Below, one piece after another: positions 63,473 through 64,000 of a stretch of 64,000 nt of DNA. Numbering within the stretch: position 1 is the stretch's first letter; the number at the start of each line of letters is the position of its first letter. Both the position numbers and the translations under genes were made by a program. This DNA comes from Chamaesiphon sp. GTDB lineage: Bacteria > Cyanobacteriota > Cyanobacteriia > Cyanobacteriales > Chamaesiphonaceae. The stretch spans positions 32,001 through 96,000 of the forward strand of contig CBDFFH010000047.1 in NCBI GenBank assembly GCA_965246715.1, written 5' to 3'. The notes under the pieces are model-generated. The model made no database searches, had not been told where the DNA came from, and saw only the letters and a program-made list of their open reading frames with translations.

Positions 63473-63837
63473 CTCACATCTTGAACCAGCGGCTTGTTCT
63501 AGTAGGGAACTCCGATCGTGGAAGCAAGACAAGACAGTTTAAATAGACTATTGCTTAGTAGATCCAGGGTACCTACAAGGGGCACCCCTACAGGTTAATT
63601 GTGTAGCAGGGTGGTTTCAGACAAGAAAAGAAAATTCACAAACCTTGGAGCTTAGTCTTCAACCACCCTCGAATGAATTCGGGGCTAATAGCGAAAGTTC
63701 ACTTCAGTGAACTAAGAGATTTTTCTTCCGGTGTATGAAACCACCCTGTTACAGGTTAATTGTGTAGGGGTGCCCCTTGTTGGTACCCTCAGAATCTCCG
63801 CTTTTACTAGTCCTTATATATTGGTGCAAGATGTGAG
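63473..63837. mobile_element. Nested composite: outer MITE > REP pair > inner MITE > REP-like unit
   Basis: Outer IR ctcacatcttgaacca / tggtgcaagatgtgag. Inner IR cagggtggtttca / tgaaaccaccctg, flanked by direct repeat tacaggttaattgtgta. Confidence 0.75.
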
Positions 63838-63838
63838 T

Positions 63839-64000
63839 TTATGTATCTTCAAATGGTGAAACACCATCGATAACTTCATGCCACGGCAAGCCTAATGACC
63901 CTAATAATTGCATGAATGGATCGGGATCGAGTTGTTCGACATTAAATACTCCTGGTTGTTTCCAGGTACCGTTAACTACCATCAGTGCGCCGATGACCGC
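63839..64000 (-). CDS. C-terminus of a saccharopine dehydrogenase-family protein (probable carboxynorspermidine dehydrogenase), partial
   Basis: Hand translation AVIGALMVVNGTWKQPGVFNVEQLDPDPFMQLLGSLGLPW...EDT*; lies upstream of nspC. Confidence 0.85.
   Translation of the reverse strand, partial: AVIGALMVVNGTWKQPGVFNVEQLDPDPFMQLLGSLGLPWHEVIDGVSPFEDT

Overview
Cyanobacterial chromosomal window, rich in HIP1 (GCGATCGC) and its core CGATCG; Chamaesiphon-like by inference only. It has three parts. (1) About 1.3-31 kb: a mostly minus-strand surface-polysaccharide cluster (GT4/GT2 glycosyltransferases, Wzy-like protein, HepA-type ABC transporter, FkbM, acyltransferases, rfbAB, gmd-like, galE). Its upstream end holds a GT2 + flippase-like + methyltransferase module with three paralogous GT-C-like membrane proteins. 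(2) 35.5-54.4 kb: the large ribosomal protein operon from rplC to prfA. (3) 54.6-64 kb: an intact prfA paralog with no GGQ, then curT, cbiD, guaA, Tab2 and carboxy(nor)spermidine genes. The strongest signal is the tandem release-factor paralog. It has lost the catalytic GGQ loop but keeps the PxT motif, and its last 96 codons are nearly identical to prfA (20 differences by hand count, 19 synonymous). Also notable: a frameshifted rplC start that creates an ATGA-coupled uORF; 47-51 nt self-nesting mini-elements flanked by CT; small insertions that split HIP1 sites or sit in frame in genes including cbiD; and several nested MITEs. All calls come from reading the sequence; no searches were run.
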